From the NCBI GenBank assembly GCA_010015585.1, contig ML975164.1: a DNA stretch of 64,000 nucleotides; one strand, written 5' to 3'. Below, in pieces: positions 61,751-64,000 of this stretch. Every line of letters begins with the position of its first letter. The stretch's first letter is position 1. Made by a program: the position numbers and the translations under genes. The DNA is from Eremomyces bilateralis CBS 781.70. Taxonomy: Eukaryota. The notes under the pieces are model-generated. The model was not told the DNA's origin and did no database searches. It worked only from the letters and a program-made list of their open reading frames with translations.

Positions 61751-64000
61751 ATGTTCCTCAGCAGCACCCCTCGAAAGAGACGGCTAGGTGGGAGTCTCAG
61801 CTCCTTGTCAAGCATCCGCATCCGGGAGAAGATCCGTATCATTACTCGCCACCACACCGTTGACGCCCACTCACCGACGCCGGAACCAGCAGAGGGAAAT
61901 CGACTGAAGAGAATCGGCAGCAGATTGCTTTCGCGCACCCGCTCGAGGAAAGGTGAGTTCGATCCACGACGTATCCGTTGCGGATGACTAACGAAGGATA
62001 TCTCAGATAAGCAGCTTGAAGTCGGACCGACTTTGGGGCAGAACACTCCTCCTGTATCGCCGCCATGCCTCTCAGCACAAGGGGACGCAACAGCCGACCC
62101 CGACCCTCATCGTAAAGGACCACCTCCTCAGGAGCCCCCTGAGTCGAACTCTAAGCCCACGGACCAAAATGCAGATGATCTTCGACGCTCCTTGTCAACA
62201 CGGGAAGGCGCCATCAAACCACCTCTCTCACCAGTGCAAGAAGTCTCATCGATTGATGGTCATGCGGAGCCAACACCTCCCATTGTTCCATCCAGCTCTT
62301 CCAAAAACCAAGAAACCAAAAAAGGCCCACGACTTAGCAAGTCCTCGCCGCATATCGCATTCAAAGGCGAGGCGGCGAATACGGTGGTCCGACGGCCGGG
62401 CCTGAACGCTCGCCCCCAGCTGGTCATTCCGGAGGACAACTCTCTGGATTCCTACGTCCCAACAGCTCCGTTCGGTTTCCCAGACACTCAGAATGACGAT
62501 ACAGACGACCAGCCCAGTGCGAGCGCGCAGACTAGCGCAACCCTCGTCTCAGCGCAGTCCACTGCCCCGACGACGGCATCTCCCCCATCGTCGTCGGAAA
62601 AGAAAGGGATCTCTGACACGGTGACCAGGAAGACAAGTCTCAAATCCGTGCCACCGTTGAAAGAGACTGGGACGGGGTTCATCTACTTCCCCACGCAGGA
62701 GAGTCCGATCCTGCAGCAACCGTCGATATACACGGTCGAGACGACCTCCGCGGCGAAGATCTACCTCGAGACGCACTTCGATTCCATCCTGTCCGCACCG
62801 ACTGCCCCTCGGACGCGGCGTCGACAGGAACTCGAACAGAAATTGCAGGCATACGGGGTGAACGACGGACAAAGAGAGAGGGCTCTACACCACCTTGCGA
62901 GAGCGGAGTCGAACCATCTACGGCATGTTCGGGCCGTCAAGACCAAGTCGGCACTCCGGACGAAGACGAGGAATGCAGGTGTGGTGAGCATTGCGGGATA
63001 CGATATCATCCGTGTCCTTGGGAAAGGCAGCTTCGGTGTCGTTCGTCTAGTGCGAGAGTCCTCGGATTCTTCAACATCGGTGCCATCCGCCAAGGGGAAG
63101 TCATCCAGTCACTACCAAAGCACCTCGTCGCAACGAGCGCAATCGACTAGTACTACCGGATCAACTCCCAAACTCGCCGGCGGTCCCAGCCCGAAATCGC
63201 AGCTCTACGCGATGAAAGTCATCCGCAAATCCGACATGCTCCGCAACTGTCAAGAAGGACATCTGCGCGCCGAGCGAGACTTCCTCGTGGGCTCCGAGGA
63301 TTCCAACTGGGTTGTCCCGCTTGTTGCCGCGTTCCAAGACGATTCGCATCTGTATCTTGTCATGGAATACATGGTCGGCGGCGACTTCCTGGGGCTACTC
63401 CTCCGCGAAGACGTGCTCGACGAGCCAGTGGCACGGTGGTACATCGCGGAGATGATCCTATGCATCGAAGAGGCGCATAAGATGAAATGGATCCACCGCG
63501 ATGTGAAGCCGGATAATTTCCTCATCGACGCAAAGGGTCACATGAAGATCTCAGATTTCGGGCTCGCTTTCGATGGCCATTGGAGTCATAACCAGCAGTA
63601 TTTCAACGAGAGGCGGTATACCCTACTAGAGCGTCTGGGCATCCATGTTCGCGGCGACTCTAAGGACGAGGTGGACGAAGGGGATGGCGGGAGTGCAAAG
63701 AAGTATCATCGCGCCCTTCATCGCTCGGTGAGTACTCGTTCGTGCAGCCATCGTCGCCAGAATGAAGGAGTGCTGGACTACCTCAACCGGACCGCGAAAC
63801 GTCGCCTGGCCAAGAGCGTTGTGGGCACCAGCCAGTACATGGCGCCCGAAGTCATCCGTGGCGAAGACTACGACGGGCGCTGCGACTGGTGGAGCGTCGG
63901 CGTGATCCTGTACGAATGCCTGTACGGCTGCACCCCATTCTTCGCCGAAGACCGCGACAAGACCAAAGCGCGCATCCTACGCCACGAAGTGGAGTTGCAT
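61751..64000 (+). CDS. AGC/NDR (Cbk1/COT1-related) Ser/Thr kinase; runs off the window
   Basis: LGKGSFGVV, YAMKVIRK, HLRAERDFL, HRDVKPDN, SDFGL, long activation-segment insert, SVVGTSQYMAPE; intron 61953-62006; start tentative. Confidence 0.9.

Overview
Gene-dense, intron-containing filamentous ascomycete (Pezizomycotina-type) DNA; no CRISPR, rRNA or intact transposon seen. Conserved genes: ASG1-like Zn2Cys6 factor (partial), WBP1, complex I 9.5-kDa subunit, cytosolic GH5, myotubularin YMR1, RPS3, F-box/WD40, dynein light intermediate chain, IST3, CYSTM, SPT3, DPH5, BTB, RidA, SAS2, PhzF-like, Yippee and an NDR-family kinase (partial), plus intron-containing tRNA-Val and tRNA-Met. Best leads: (1) a RidA gene with overlapping tandem splice donors (GTAGGTAGGT) across its stop codon; the upstream donor gives a peroxisomal -ARL end, and there is also a possible mitochondrial presequence; (2) a PhzF-like gene with no usable ATG but a CTG in good initiation context; (3) an accessory-looking block at ~28.4-41.8 kb with an HSPA12-like Hsp70 head-to-head with a single-pass membrane protein, a HeLo/SesA-like protein, and three related F-box/LRR-like genes, two of them broken. 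Exon boundaries were read by eye; family calls come from recognised motifs, not database searches.
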